Shown here: piece by piece, positions 1 to 11,245 of the stretch
Position numbering within the stretch: the first letter of the stretch is position 1
Layout: each line of letters begins with the position of its first letter
Assembly: GCF_006345805.1 (NCBI RefSeq)
Contig: NC_043020.1
Span: 30,566,001-30,630,000, forward strand
DNA from: Octopus sinensis
Taxonomy: Eukaryota
DNA: 64,000 bases
Direction: 5' to 3'
The notes under the pieces: generated by a model
Databases searched by the model: none
The model's input: the letters and a program-made list of their open reading frames with translations, nothing else
Told to the model about the DNA's origin: nothing
Made by a program: the position numbers and the translations under genes

Positions 1-31
1 TCAACTGGAAGGAATCCTCGTCGTCGTAAGC

Positions 32-420
<389 letters not shown>

Positions 421-555
421 ATTTATCTGTAATATAATATGTGACAATTATTCGGTTGCTATAATCCAAGTTTCGGATGTCGAGGCGGAAATCTGCTCCG
501 GCATCTCGTCAGTTATTAACATGTGTGTGTTTGTGTGTGTATATATATATATAGT

Positions 556-875
556 GAGGGCGCGTGGCTTAGTGGTTAGGGCATTCGGCTCATGATCGTA
601 AGGTTGTGAGTTCGATTCCCAGCGACGCGTTGTGTCCCTGAGCAAGACACTTTATTTCACGTTGCTCCAGTCCACTCAGCTGGCAAAAATGAGTTGTACT
701 TGTATTTCAAAGGGTCAGCCTTGTCACTCTCTGTGTCACGCTGATTTTCCCCGAGAACTACGTTAGGGTACACGTGTCTGTGGAATGCTCAGCCATTTGC
801 AACGTTATTTTCACGAGCAAGCTGTTCCGTTGATCGTATCAGCTGGGACCCTCGTCGTCGTAACCGGCGGAGTCT
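556..875 (+). mobile_element. tRNA-headed SINE, family A (CORE-like central segment)
   Basis: Head GAGGGCGCGTGGCTTAGTGGTTAGG...GAGTTCGATTCCC (A and B boxes), then TGTGTCCCTGAGCAAGACACTTTA. Its tail motif CCTCGTCGTCGTAA also occurs at window positions 16-29. Related copies at 25055-25380(-), 36078-36200(+) and 55620-55860(-). Confidence 0.85.
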
Positions 876-877
876 TT

Positions 878-932
<55 letters not shown>

Positions 933-968
933 TATATGTATACATATATATATTATATACAACACACG

Positions 969-1004
<36 letters not shown>

Positions 1005-1117
1005 AAATGAATTAGAGATAAAACCACTATTATGCACTCAAACAGTGATAGACATAAACCAATACATAATAACAAATAATATATATGATTAAAATAATAT
1101 ATAATAAATAAATAAAT

Positions 1118-1170
<53 letters not shown>

Positions 1171-1335
1171 TATATATATATATAATATATATATTTTTTT
1201 TTATAATAGTGATTTTATCTCTAATTCATATTTTATATATTTATACTGTGAAATTGAATTTAATACTAGACTGAATTTTTCCCTGTAAGTTTGGAGTTAT
1301 ACTCCCTAGTATTATTATTATTATTATTATATATA
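1005..1335. repeat. Dispersed AT-rich repeat associated with Penelope-like termini
   Basis: Motifs TAGTG(G/A)TTTTATCTCTAATT and TTTTTCCCTGTAAGTTTGGA recur at 44350-44460, and the latter partly at 32100-32120. Confidence 0.55.
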
Positions 1336-1444
1336 ACTTACTTGGAAGAGGATGCGTGGCGTTCAATCATATAATAATATAAATAATATATATATATATA
1401 ATATATATATAGATAGAGAGATATATAGATAGAGAGAGAGAGAG

Positions 1445-1486
<42 letters not shown>

Positions 1487-1496
1487 TAAGATAGAT

Positions 1497-1539
<43 letters not shown>

Positions 1540-1549
1540 TACCTACATC

Positions 1550-1955
1550 TATACGTATATATAAGCATATGTTTGTTATTTTTTCCATTTGTGTCTTTCG
1601 TTGTTCGAAAGAATAGTTCGTGTTCCATGGACTCGTACTTCGTACTTTTTTGTTGTACACGTTTCGTGACGTCCTGTGCCCACGTATGGTTATATATATA
1701 TATGCGTATAGATGTAAGTATGTACATATACGTTTGTATATGTTTCAAAATGTGACCTCGTGTGTACCGTTGGCGATTTTTTTTCCTCTGTCTTCCCTTC
1801 TCTGGATCTTTCCTTCTCCTATGTTTCTGACGAAGAGTTCCGCTCGAAACGTTAAACCCTCCTTCTTTCCTTCTTTCCTGAGCGTCCAATAATACTATAT
1901 TTGTTCCACGTCCTCGCGTTGTTGTGTTTTTTTGTGCTTTCTTGTTTGGATTAAC

Positions 1956-1965
<10 letters not shown>
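1550..1965 (+). mobile_element. Penelope-like element terminal repeat (pseudo-LTR) fragment
   Basis: Contains CTGACGAAGAG...CTCGAAACGTT, typical of Penelope termini. Shares TTCCTGAGCGTC(C)AA with the copy at 46490-46615. A GIY-YIG-like ORF remnant lies just downstream. Confidence 0.55.
1823..1857 (+). ncRNA. Candidate minimal type I hammerhead ribozyme
   Basis: GTTT-CTGACGA-A-GAG(TTCCG)CTC-GAAAC-GTT-AAAC: conserved core, 3-bp helix II, palindromic ACGT helix III, 4-bp helix I (GTTT/AAAC). Confidence 0.55.
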
Positions 1966-2022
<57 letters not shown>

Positions 2023-2108
2023 TATATAATATATATCTATATATATATATATATATATATATACATAAATAATCATATACATCATATAATACATATATAT
2101 ATATATAT

Positions 2109-2154
<46 letters not shown>

Positions 2155-2250
2155 ATATATATTTGTATATATTTGTCACTACCTGTCATAAATAGCCTTT
2201 TTTATATCTACAATATGCATTTTCGTTGATTTTCTCTTATTTTAAACCCC

Positions 2251-2290
<40 letters not shown>

Positions 2291-2341
2291 TATATATAAT
2301 ATATATATTATATATATCTATATATATATATATTATATATA

Positions 2342-2431
<90 letters not shown>

Positions 2432-2484
2432 TTATATTTATCTATATATTTTATAATATAAATATATATATATATGCATATATA

Positions 2485-2710
2485 TATCATTGAATAGACA
2501 TGATAACTCGACTATGACAAATGTTGATAATTACAGCTGAAATGTTGAAGGCGAAACAATCCAGCAGAATAGCCTTGCTGTAACCAATAAGAAACCTGGT
2601 GAAAATAAATTTTGTAATTGTAATGATAAGCTCAACTGTAAATTTTGAAATTTCTGTAAACGCAATAATTTGGTATATCAGGCTCTTGTTGAATCTGAAG
2701 GTAATAATTA
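2485..2710 (+). mobile_element. Penelope-like ORF remnant (Cys-rich region preceding GIY-YIG)
   Basis: Plus frame reads ...NKFCNCNDKLNCKF*NFCKRNNLVYQALVESE, resembling the Penelope CNC...C...C...VVYQA motif. Contains a stop. Confidence 0.5.
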
Positions 2711-2744
2711 TTTTTATATTGGAGTAACTGAATTGTTTCGATTG

Positions 2745-2960
2745 TTGCGTGAAATGTGGGCAGAAATTCCACAAGAGACAATCACAAAGCTCATCAGTTC
2801 AATACCAAAATGAGCTTCTGAATTAAAAACTTCAAAGGGAATGTCAACTAAATACTAAAGTATGTAGTCCTACCTGTCGATTACATTTCAATTGTTCGCT
2901 TTGCATATTAAATAAGGGATTTTGAAAATTAAAGGTGTCTATTTACTTCCTGCATGTCTG
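2745..2960 (+). mobile_element. Tc1-family transposon 3' end remnant
   Basis: Plus frame LREMWAEIPQETITKLISSIPK*ASELKTSKGMSTKY* matches the Tc1 transposase C-terminal consensus (W..I....I..L..SMP.R...VI..KG..TKY). Confidence 0.7.
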
Positions 2961-3345
2961 TGTATGTGTGTGTATGTATGTAATGTATGTATGTATGTAT
3001 GATATGTATGCATGTATGTATGTATGTATGTATGTAAGCTTGCATGTTGTATGTATGTAGTATGTTGCATGTAATGTATGTATGTATGTATGTATGTATG
3101 TATGTATGTATGTATGTATGTATGTAGTATGTATGTATGTATGTATGTATGTATGTATGTATGCATGTATGACGTATGTATGTATGTATGCTATGTATGT
3201 ATGTTTATGTATGTATGTATGTATGTATGTATGTATGTGGTATGTATGTCTGTATGTATGTATGTATGTATGTGTGTATGTATGTGTGTATGTATGTATG
3301 TATGTATGTATGTATGTTGTATGTATGTATGTGAATGTATGTATG
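2955..3345. repeat. (TATG)n microsatellite
   Basis: Visible tetranucleotide array that explains the MYVC/HTYI pseudo-ORFs. Confidence 0.95.
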
Positions 3346-4084
3346 TAGTGCATTTCAAATGGTAAAGTTGTTCTTGACGGGATTTGAACTCACAATAAAA
3401 CTAAATACTCTCTCTCTCTCTCTCTCCCTCTCATTTAGTATGAAAGACTTAAAATTCCAGTTCTCTTTCCCACCAAGAGCAAATACATTCTCATGTTCAG
3501 AAGCAAGGAATAAAAATTATTTTCCTGATGTAATAATATACACCATCATTATTATTATTATTGTTGTTGTTGTTGTTGTTGTTATTATTATTATTATTGT
3601 GCCTATAGTAGAAAGGATTATTGTTGTTGTTGCTTGCTTTTTTTCTTCTTTTTATTATTTTCAAAAGTAATTTACGACTAAATGACAGGATGTGCAGAAA
3701 CGCATGAAAATGCATGGAAGTCACTGGTTGTAAAATTTAGAAATAATTTATCGATTCCTTGGTTTTCCTGCAATACTAGACACATTGCTAATCAACTTAA
3801 TGTGGTTCGATCGGTTTTTCTCCAATGAGGGGCAATTTACAGTCAGCACTTTTGTCGATGTGGTTTGGTGGTCCGTGACAACGATAAAGACTAAATTATT
3901 CTCTCGTGGTTATCCTACAGCCATGAAGAATTCTATGAAAGCAGCAGCAGCAGCAGCAGCAGCCGTCATGATGAATTATTTGTGTTCGGAGGATTCATTT
4001 ACCTCGTTGCGTAAAAAATATTTCTGAAGAGGAACACACAATATCTTTAATTAGGGGAATATCTTTCTCTTAATTGTTATTAGT

Positions 4085-4088
4085 ATTT

Positions 4089-4120
<32 letters not shown>

Positions 4121-4264
4121 TGTCATTGTCATTGTCATTATGATCATCATCATCACCCACCATCGTCGTTGTTATTATCTTCATCATCATGATCATTATC
4201 ATCGTCGTCGTAAACGACATTATCATCATCATCATCATTATTATTATTATTATTGTTATTATTA

Positions 4265-4324
<60 letters not shown>

Positions 4325-4386
4325 TATTATTATTATTATCATTATTATTATCATTATTATTATTATTATTATTATTGTTATTATTA

Positions 4387-4474
<88 letters not shown>

Positions 4475-4520
4475 CATTATTATTATCATTATTATTTATT
4501 TTATTATTATTATTATTATC
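4085..4520. repeat. (CAT)n/(ATT)n trinucleotide microsatellite
   Basis: Visible array producing the poly-I/L/Y pseudo-ORFs. Confidence 0.95.
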
Positions 4521-4529
4521 ATCCTTATT

Positions 4530-4900
4530 CAGTAGTCTTATTTCTATATCGTGCTTTCACTTCACTACCGAGCGCAGCTCTGTGTGCCTTGGGTATGTGC
4601 TGTGGTTTGCTGTGATGTTTTTATGGTTACTGTATTGAAAGTGTTTTGTGAAGTGCCCTGTTGTGCAATTTTCTGTATGTTATATATATTTGTAAGTCCT
4701 GGTGTTTATGTTATGTATTTGTCTGAATATGCTTTTTCTTATCATCCCTAGTGCGCCTGCTATGATAGGAATTGTTTCTGTTTTTTGACTCCACATTCGT
4801 GTTACCTCTATTTCCAGGTCTTTGTATTTTGAAAGTTTCTCCATTTCTTTTAGAGAAGCGTTGTCATCTGTTGATATCGATACATCAATTAGAAAGCATT
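4530..4900 (-). mobile_element. R4/Dong-clade LINE, 5'-truncated 3' end (REL endonuclease + 3' UTR)
   Basis: Minus frame KCFLIDVSISTDDNASLKEMEKLSKYKDLEIEVTRMWSQKTETIPIIAGALGMI is a PD-(D/E)xK REL C-terminus. Flanked by (TAA)n on both sides. Confidence 0.85.
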
Positions 4901-4907
4901 TCCCCCC

Positions 4908-4968
<61 letters not shown>

Positions 4969-5424
4969 TGGTGGTGGTGGTGGTGGTGGTGGTGGCTTTG
5001 GCGGCAGCAGATGTAGCAGCGACCACAACAACAGCAGCAACACCAGGCTTATTCTTCATTTCCTCGACGAGATGTGACGTTACAGGTGAATTATTTTCAG
5101 AAATATTAGCCTTCAGATATTTGAAGAAAATATTAAAGGTGAAATATTAAAAAAGTAATTAAAAATAATAAAAAAAGTAAATATATGAATAAATGCATAA
5201 ACGGAACTGTGATTGTGATCGATTTCAACGTCAATGGCGATCGATTGGTTTGCTTTTCTCGGGAAATCTCAAAAGAGTTGCGTTCAAAATATGTCAGCTT
5301 GTCTAACGCTGAAGAAATTCTCTCCGTTTTCATGGATGGCTTTGTTTCGTTTTTGTTTAGTTTTACTTTTAATGGAATTAATTTTGATAACACAAAATCT
5401 AAATTCACATTAACGATTGCGATT

Positions 5425-5855
5425 ATGTGGCGGTGGTAAGAGGCTTGTTTCCCAACCGCATGGTTCCGGTTTCAGTCCCATTGCGTGGCACTTTCCGCAA
5501 GTGCCTTCTACTGTGTGCTGACCAAAGCCTTGTGAGTGAATTTACTAGACGGAAACTGAAAGAAGCCCGTCGATATATGTATGAGTGCGTGTGTATATGT
5601 GTGTGCCTTTATGTCTGTGTATGTCTGTGAGAGTCTTTATGCCTGTTTTTGTCCGCCATCACCGCTTGACAGCCGGTGCTGGTGTGTTTACGTCCCCGTA
5701 ACTTAGTAGTTCGGCAAAATAGACCGACAGAATAAGTACTAGTTTTTAAGAAAAATACTGAGGTCTATTCATTCGACTACACATTCCTCAGGGCGTTGCC
5801 CCAGCATGTCCGCACTCTAATGACTGAAACAAGTAAAAAGAGAAAAGTAAAAAGA
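5425..5855 (+). mobile_element. tRNA-headed SINE, family B (most abundant here)
   Basis: GTGGTAAGAGGCTTG...GGTTTCAGTCCC head, GACCAAAGCCTTGTGAGT/GGAAACTGAAAGAAGCCCGTC middle, TGACTGAAACAAGTAAAA tail. Partial copies near 24345, 30258, 32115, 33665, 35275, 38600, 43495, 46060 and 48790. Confidence 0.85.
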
Positions 5856-6020
5856 TATATATACATGTATATAGAATATATATATGTATGTGTGAGGGAG
5901 AGAGTGAGAGAGGGTGAACAGAGAGAGAGACAGACAGACAGACAGAAAGATACATTCATATGTGTGTGTGTCCGTGTGTATTTATAAAATGACAAGGGGT
6001 CAAAATTGTAATGATTTTTT

Positions 6021-6021
<1 letters not shown>

Positions 6022-6101
<80 letters not shown>

Positions 6102-6106
6102 CAGAC

Positions 6107-6195
<89 letters not shown>

Positions 6196-6206
6196 GATAG
6201 ATAGAT
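6022..6206. repeat. (TAGA)n microsatellite
   Basis: Visible array; a similar one lies at 1410-1540. Confidence 0.95.
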
Positions 6207-6341
6207 AATGGGAGTTGAAACGTAAACCATTACTCCGAGTATCTACCTAGCAAACTTCGAAGGATTATAAAAGATAGAACCTAAATTTATTAAATGAATG
6301 CATTACTATAGAAAAAAATGTTTGGATATTATAGCAATTGC

Positions 6342-6625
6342 TGGTTGGTTGGTTGGTTGATTGGTTGATTGGTTGGTTGATTGGTTGATTGGTTGGTTGG
6401 TTGGTTGGTTGATTGGTTGGTTGATTGGTTGATTGGTTGGTTGGTTGGTTGATTGGTTGGTTGGTTGGTTGGTTGGATTGGTTGGTTGATTGGTTGATTG
6501 GTTGGTTGGTTGGTTGGTTGATTGGTTGATCGGTTGGTTGATTGGTTGATTGGTTGATTGGTTGATTGGTTGGTTGATTGGTTGATTGGTTGGTTGATTG
6601 GTTGATTGGTTGATTGGTTGGTTGG
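6342..6625. repeat. Compound (TTGG)/(TTGA)n microsatellite
   Basis: Visible mixed tetranucleotide array. Confidence 0.95.
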
Positions 6626-6719
6626 CCCAGAATAAGAAATATTATTTGTTAACGTTATGCATCATGAATATATGGTTGTTGTCTGCTCCTTATGCAGCGT
6701 CAGGCCACCTCTTGTACCT

Positions 6720-6905
6720 ATAACTTAGATCCATCATGGCGTCTGATGTGGCTTTTTAACCAGACAATGTATTGGAAAGACTCCCACATATATTGCAATC
6801 CGATTCGGACCGCCAAGAGTTGCAGTGAAGTTCTGATCTTTTGAGGCCTCCGTTAGATTTGCAGACTTTGTGACATAAATGGCATTGAAAGGTGTGCACA
6901 GACAT
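6720..6905 (-). pseudogene. Degenerate C2H2 zinc-finger-like fragment, probably retroelement-derived
   Basis: Minus frame HTFQCHLCHKVCKSNGGLKR...DCNICG has two CxxC starts, but the His ligands are lost and there is a stop. No splice sites support an exon. Confidence 0.3.
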
Positions 6906-6955
6906 ACAAGTATGAATATATATACGTATACATACACACATACATACATAAACAC

Positions 6956-6990
<35 letters not shown>

Positions 6991-7454
6991 TAAAATACGC
7001 TACGTGTATTTCTATATATGTATATATACTTTTTTGTAAGTACATTTAACCATTTGATGCTGTTGAATTTGTTCCATTCCATGTTGCTTACTTTCTAAAT
7101 TCTTTGACACAGGTTGCAGCCATTCTCTTTATCTTTTGGTATTCGAAAGTTCATTCTGTTATTTTCTTTGTTTCATAATGCTCAACTGATGTTTTAATGC
7201 GCTTAAATCCAAATGTCCAAATTAATTTTCTTTTATTTTTTTTTCTCTTTAAGATACGGACTTAAGATTCAACATTCAAGTCGCTTTACCCAGTCCATTC
7301 CCCGATCTTATCTTTGTCAATCGTCACAGCCATTTTCTGCAGGAACTGACCATAGTTCTTTTTACCATCTATTCAACGTCTGTCTGTCTATCTGTCTGTC
7401 TTATTTAAATTCTCCCTTTTCTTTTGCTTCATTTTCCTTTCAAACAATAATAAC

Positions 7455-7700
7455 ACTCTTAGATATAACCTGCCCATGTCACTTTTGGGGTGTAGAGCCC
7501 TCTCTACTCTCATCATTCCCCTGGTCTTTCTATCAAGCTCCTTAAGTTCATCACTTTTCCTTTCTGTCACACCAGCACAATACCTTACAGCTGTATCGAC
7601 CAAAGTGTTCACAGCCACTATCTTATTTCTATCTCTTTGTCTTAAACACTAATTTCAGTCCTCCGTTTATACTCCATTGACAACAGCTGTTTTATTTCCA
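7455..7700 (-). mobile_element. R4/Dong-clade LINE RT C-terminal fragment
   Basis: Minus frames give MEYKRR...AVNTLVDTAVRYCAGV...ELKELDRKTRGMMRVERALHPKSDMGRLYL, matching the AINT..VP.LRY...ELDRKTR...LHPKSD..RLYL motif. Confidence 0.8.
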
Positions 7701-7731
7701 TCTTATCTGGAAATATATTACCAAATGGATA

Positions 7732-7810
<79 letters not shown>

Positions 7811-7812
7811 TA

Positions 7813-7868
<56 letters not shown>

Positions 7869-7869
7869 A

Positions 7870-8150
7870 CAGTAGTCTTCTTTTATCATGTGCTTTCATT
7901 GTACTACCGAGCGCAGCTCTGTGTACCTTGGGTATGTGCTGTGGTTTGTTGTGGTGATCTTATTTTCACTGTATTGAAAATGTTTTATGCAGGATGTGTG
8001 TGGTGCCTAGTTGTGCTATTTTCTGTATGTTATATATACTTGAGTCCTGGTGTTTTTGTTATGTATTTGTCTGCATAATTTTTTTATTATCCTAAATATT
8101 ACCCAAGAACTTTCTAGCTTCTTCAGCATTAGGTTTCTCATCTTCAGTAC
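7870..8150 (-). mobile_element. R4/Dong-clade LINE 3' end, second copy
   Basis: Near-identical to 4535-4750 (ACTACCGAGCGCAGCTCTGTGT...). Also embedded between (TAA)n runs. Confidence 0.8.
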
Positions 8151-8156
8151 TTTCTA

Positions 8157-8211
<55 letters not shown>

Positions 8212-8230
8212 TTTATCATTATTATTTTTA

Positions 8231-8338
<108 letters not shown>

Positions 8339-9039
8339 AAATCGATCAGAAAGGTTCACTCAATTTCGGTTCTGTAAAATTACGAAATGCTTTCAAAGTT
8401 TTCACTAGAATTGGAATGTGTTTGTTTTTTGTCATTTACATTGAAGTTCGCTTCCGTATGCTGCCTTTTACTTATATTTTCCCCGCATCAGAAGGGAAGT
8501 GTCAGTTCTTAAATTTATTTATTTATTTTTGTTTTGTAAATTGTTTGGTTTTACTAAAAAGAAAAAAAATAGACGTTTGCGAAAAAATAATAATATTCAC
8601 CACTTCAGAAATGTAAGACGGATGGAGTAAAAAAAAGTGTTTAAATGAAAAAGGAAAGTGATGGAGCGATGCTTACGTCAAACAATTGGTAACCACGGTA
8701 ACAAGAGACGACGTCAGAGAAGAAAACATGCCTGTGTCGTCTGCTTGTGATTTGGAAGGGGGCAAAAATCAACAACAATAACAACGACGACCGAGATGAC
8801 GGTGACACCAATAACAACAACAACATCAACAATAAGCACAACGACAAGAAGAAAAAGAATAACAACGAAACCAGAACGAAAATTTCGTTTGCTGTGATAA
8901 TCCGCAGAGTAGATTCGATCGCAAAGAAGGATTTGTTGAAAAATGCAAATGTGAGATTGCAGACTGGGGATTGATGAAACTCGCAACTACTGAGATACAA
9001 AATATCCCTTAGAATATAGTTTTTTTTTTAAAGCCCCAT

Positions 9040-11010
9040 TGTCAATAAGTGCATAGACAGAAAAGAAAGACAACAGCAGAATCCCATTCCAGCACAAAGT
9101 AGAAAATGCCTGCAGGAAGCGTGGTCCTGAGTAAGATATATTTCACGAGCAGGAGGCAGTTGTAACTGCTTGCAACAGGAAGTCGGGTCTGTTGCTGCTG
9201 ATACTTGTCGAATGAGCTTATCTTCATCCCATTATACCAACGAAGGGAGACAAAAATACAGGTTACCAACGTGTTACCTCACAGAGACCAAGCCAGAGAA
9301 GTGCCAATGCTGCAGGAGCAGAGGGGGGGTAAGGAAATGAAGTCTATTTTCCATCAAAATAAAACAAGTATGACTCTGGAGTTCCAAGTGCTGGTGGCAG
9401 CCAGAGACTTAGCGGAGATCCTGAGCCACTTCCAGCTCAAATACTGCAAGCAAATGCGAGTGGGAGTGGAAGGGAAAACTGAAGTGTTACATAAGTGGCA
9501 GGACAAATCACCTCAAGGCTTTCAGCCCTTATGAGAGAAGGAAGAGCAGAGAGCTTCAGGCCATTGCTACAATGAACACCGAAACAAAATCGACAGAAGC
9601 AAACGCAACAAAAGAAAAAGCAACAAAAATCAAACAAGACTCAGGAGCAAGTTTCCTCACTGTCCTCTCCCTCTCTCTTTCTCCCTCTCCCTCCCTCTCT
9701 ATTTATCTATCTGTCTGTCTTTCTCTTCGTCTCTTCCATGTTTTGGCATTGGAGTGATTGTTAAAGAGGATGGAGCCTCTGGAGGGTGTCCCACTGTCAC
9801 TTTCAGCGATAAAAGCGGTCGACGCTTCCCTAGAAGAATGCCAAGTGCACAGGAGAAAGTACATCAATGGGGAAAACTCTGTAGACTCGCAACTCAGTCG
9901 GTGGAGACAAACCCATGCCGGCTAATACTGATTTCTGTCGTTGGACCGAGATTTCGGTGAAGATACAAGAGATTTAGTTCGGTTCAGACCTCCAGGTGGA
10001 TAAAAACTGAAAACATTTTACGAGTAACGAAGTCACCCTTACTCGTAAATTGACCTGACCGTTGTATCTTGTCCAAAGAGCCATTTAACCAGAGTTGAGC
10101 ACATGTCTTCTGTTTCTTGTGGAAGGAACAGATTCTACTAATCAGGATTTTTATCTACAGCCAACAGCCGTTCAGTGGGGAGTCTCGGGATGCCGTCGTT
10201 AATAATATACAGGTATGCAGGACCGAAATATTAGGACCACTGCAACGGTGATGACGATGGCGGAAACAAAAGAACATTAATATGGTTGCCCTTCGTATAA
10301 CATATGTTTCCGCAGTTTGTGCCTTTGACTGGACCATAATCATGGGTTAAACTTAGACCGAGATCTGGCATTTGGCAGCAATATGCTGCCAGGCACTCAC
10401 CGCATTCTATCAGCTGGACAACGCCATCGGCAGCAAAAGTGACTCTCACATTCTATAAAGGGTTTGTGGAGGGTATAAACGACGGTATTCAGGCAATGGC
10501 TCTGAGTGTTGACAAGAACAGTCTAAGCGATCTTTTCCGAAGAACTTTCAAGCTGAGCACTATGGACAACTTTTAAAAGTCTTTGGCATAGCAGTGCTAA
10601 AGGGGTAAATTACTTGTGCGAGACAATTTCTATAGGTACGGAAGTGCCAACAGCCGAACCTGTCCGAGACGCCCGTAACTAACGAAACTTTCCTGTAAGC
10701 TACCATTCAATGTCCGTGCATTGACGATTTGTGGGTCTCTGTCAAACAGCTGCCGATGGGTATAGGACGAATTCTGCTGTTAATGAAGTCTATAGTGAGA
10801 ATAGACGGTTCACCTTCTTTTGGCAAGGAAGGCGGGTAGTTTAGTCTTCTTATAGAGATATGGTAAAAGATGTAGTGTGGTGGACTCGTCTGAAAGACTT
10901 GCAGACGGGCATTTTCCTCTTTGGTCAAGCTCTCATCATCTTCTTCGAGTATCACTTGAAGAGGTCAGTGAAGGTAGCATGGGAAGCGCTGCCTTCTAGT
11001 GTATTCGATG
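9040..11010 (+). mobile_element. Degraded L1/Tx1-like LINE (ORF1 remnant, internal deletion, ORF2 C-terminal half)
   Basis: ORF1-like VGVEG...TNHLKAF knuckle remnant (~9460-9530). ORF2 motifs INGENSV, FGSDLQVDKN, LTVVSCPKSHL...FLWK, MDNF*KSLA*QC*RG..VRD.FYRYGS..RTCPR (zf-RVT-like) and VVWWTRLK. Many stops and frameshifts. Confidence 0.7.
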
Positions 11011-11245
11011 GAAGACGGTGAGAGTGGTGAGAGTGGTGAGGGTGGTGAGGGTGGTGAGGGTGGTGACTTAATGAGTTCACTTTGAGTATATTTTTCTAAA
11101 CAGGAAGAAGAAAGCGGGAGGAGGGCACTTTTGATGCCTTAAATATAACAAAATAAACCAGGCTTTTGTGTAAAGTTTCTCCCACGAATTGCCGGACGCG
11201 ATCTGCATCCTTATTGAGGAACTTTTGGTGCCATCTTTTATTTTT

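Noticed and set aside
556-640. tRNA gene call for SINE heads (also 5425, 12804)
   Set aside because: A and B boxes are present, but the cloverleaf is incomplete and each runs into a SINE body found in many copies.
5133-5439. Overlapping ORFs on both strands in unique-looking sequence
   Set aside because: Neither frame resembles a known protein and splice signals are lacking. It may be non-coding regulatory DNA.
11008-11066. (GGTGAG[A/G]GT)n 9-bp repeat as telomere-like sequence
   Set aside because: Not TTAGGG; a short slippage expansion at the LINE 3' end.
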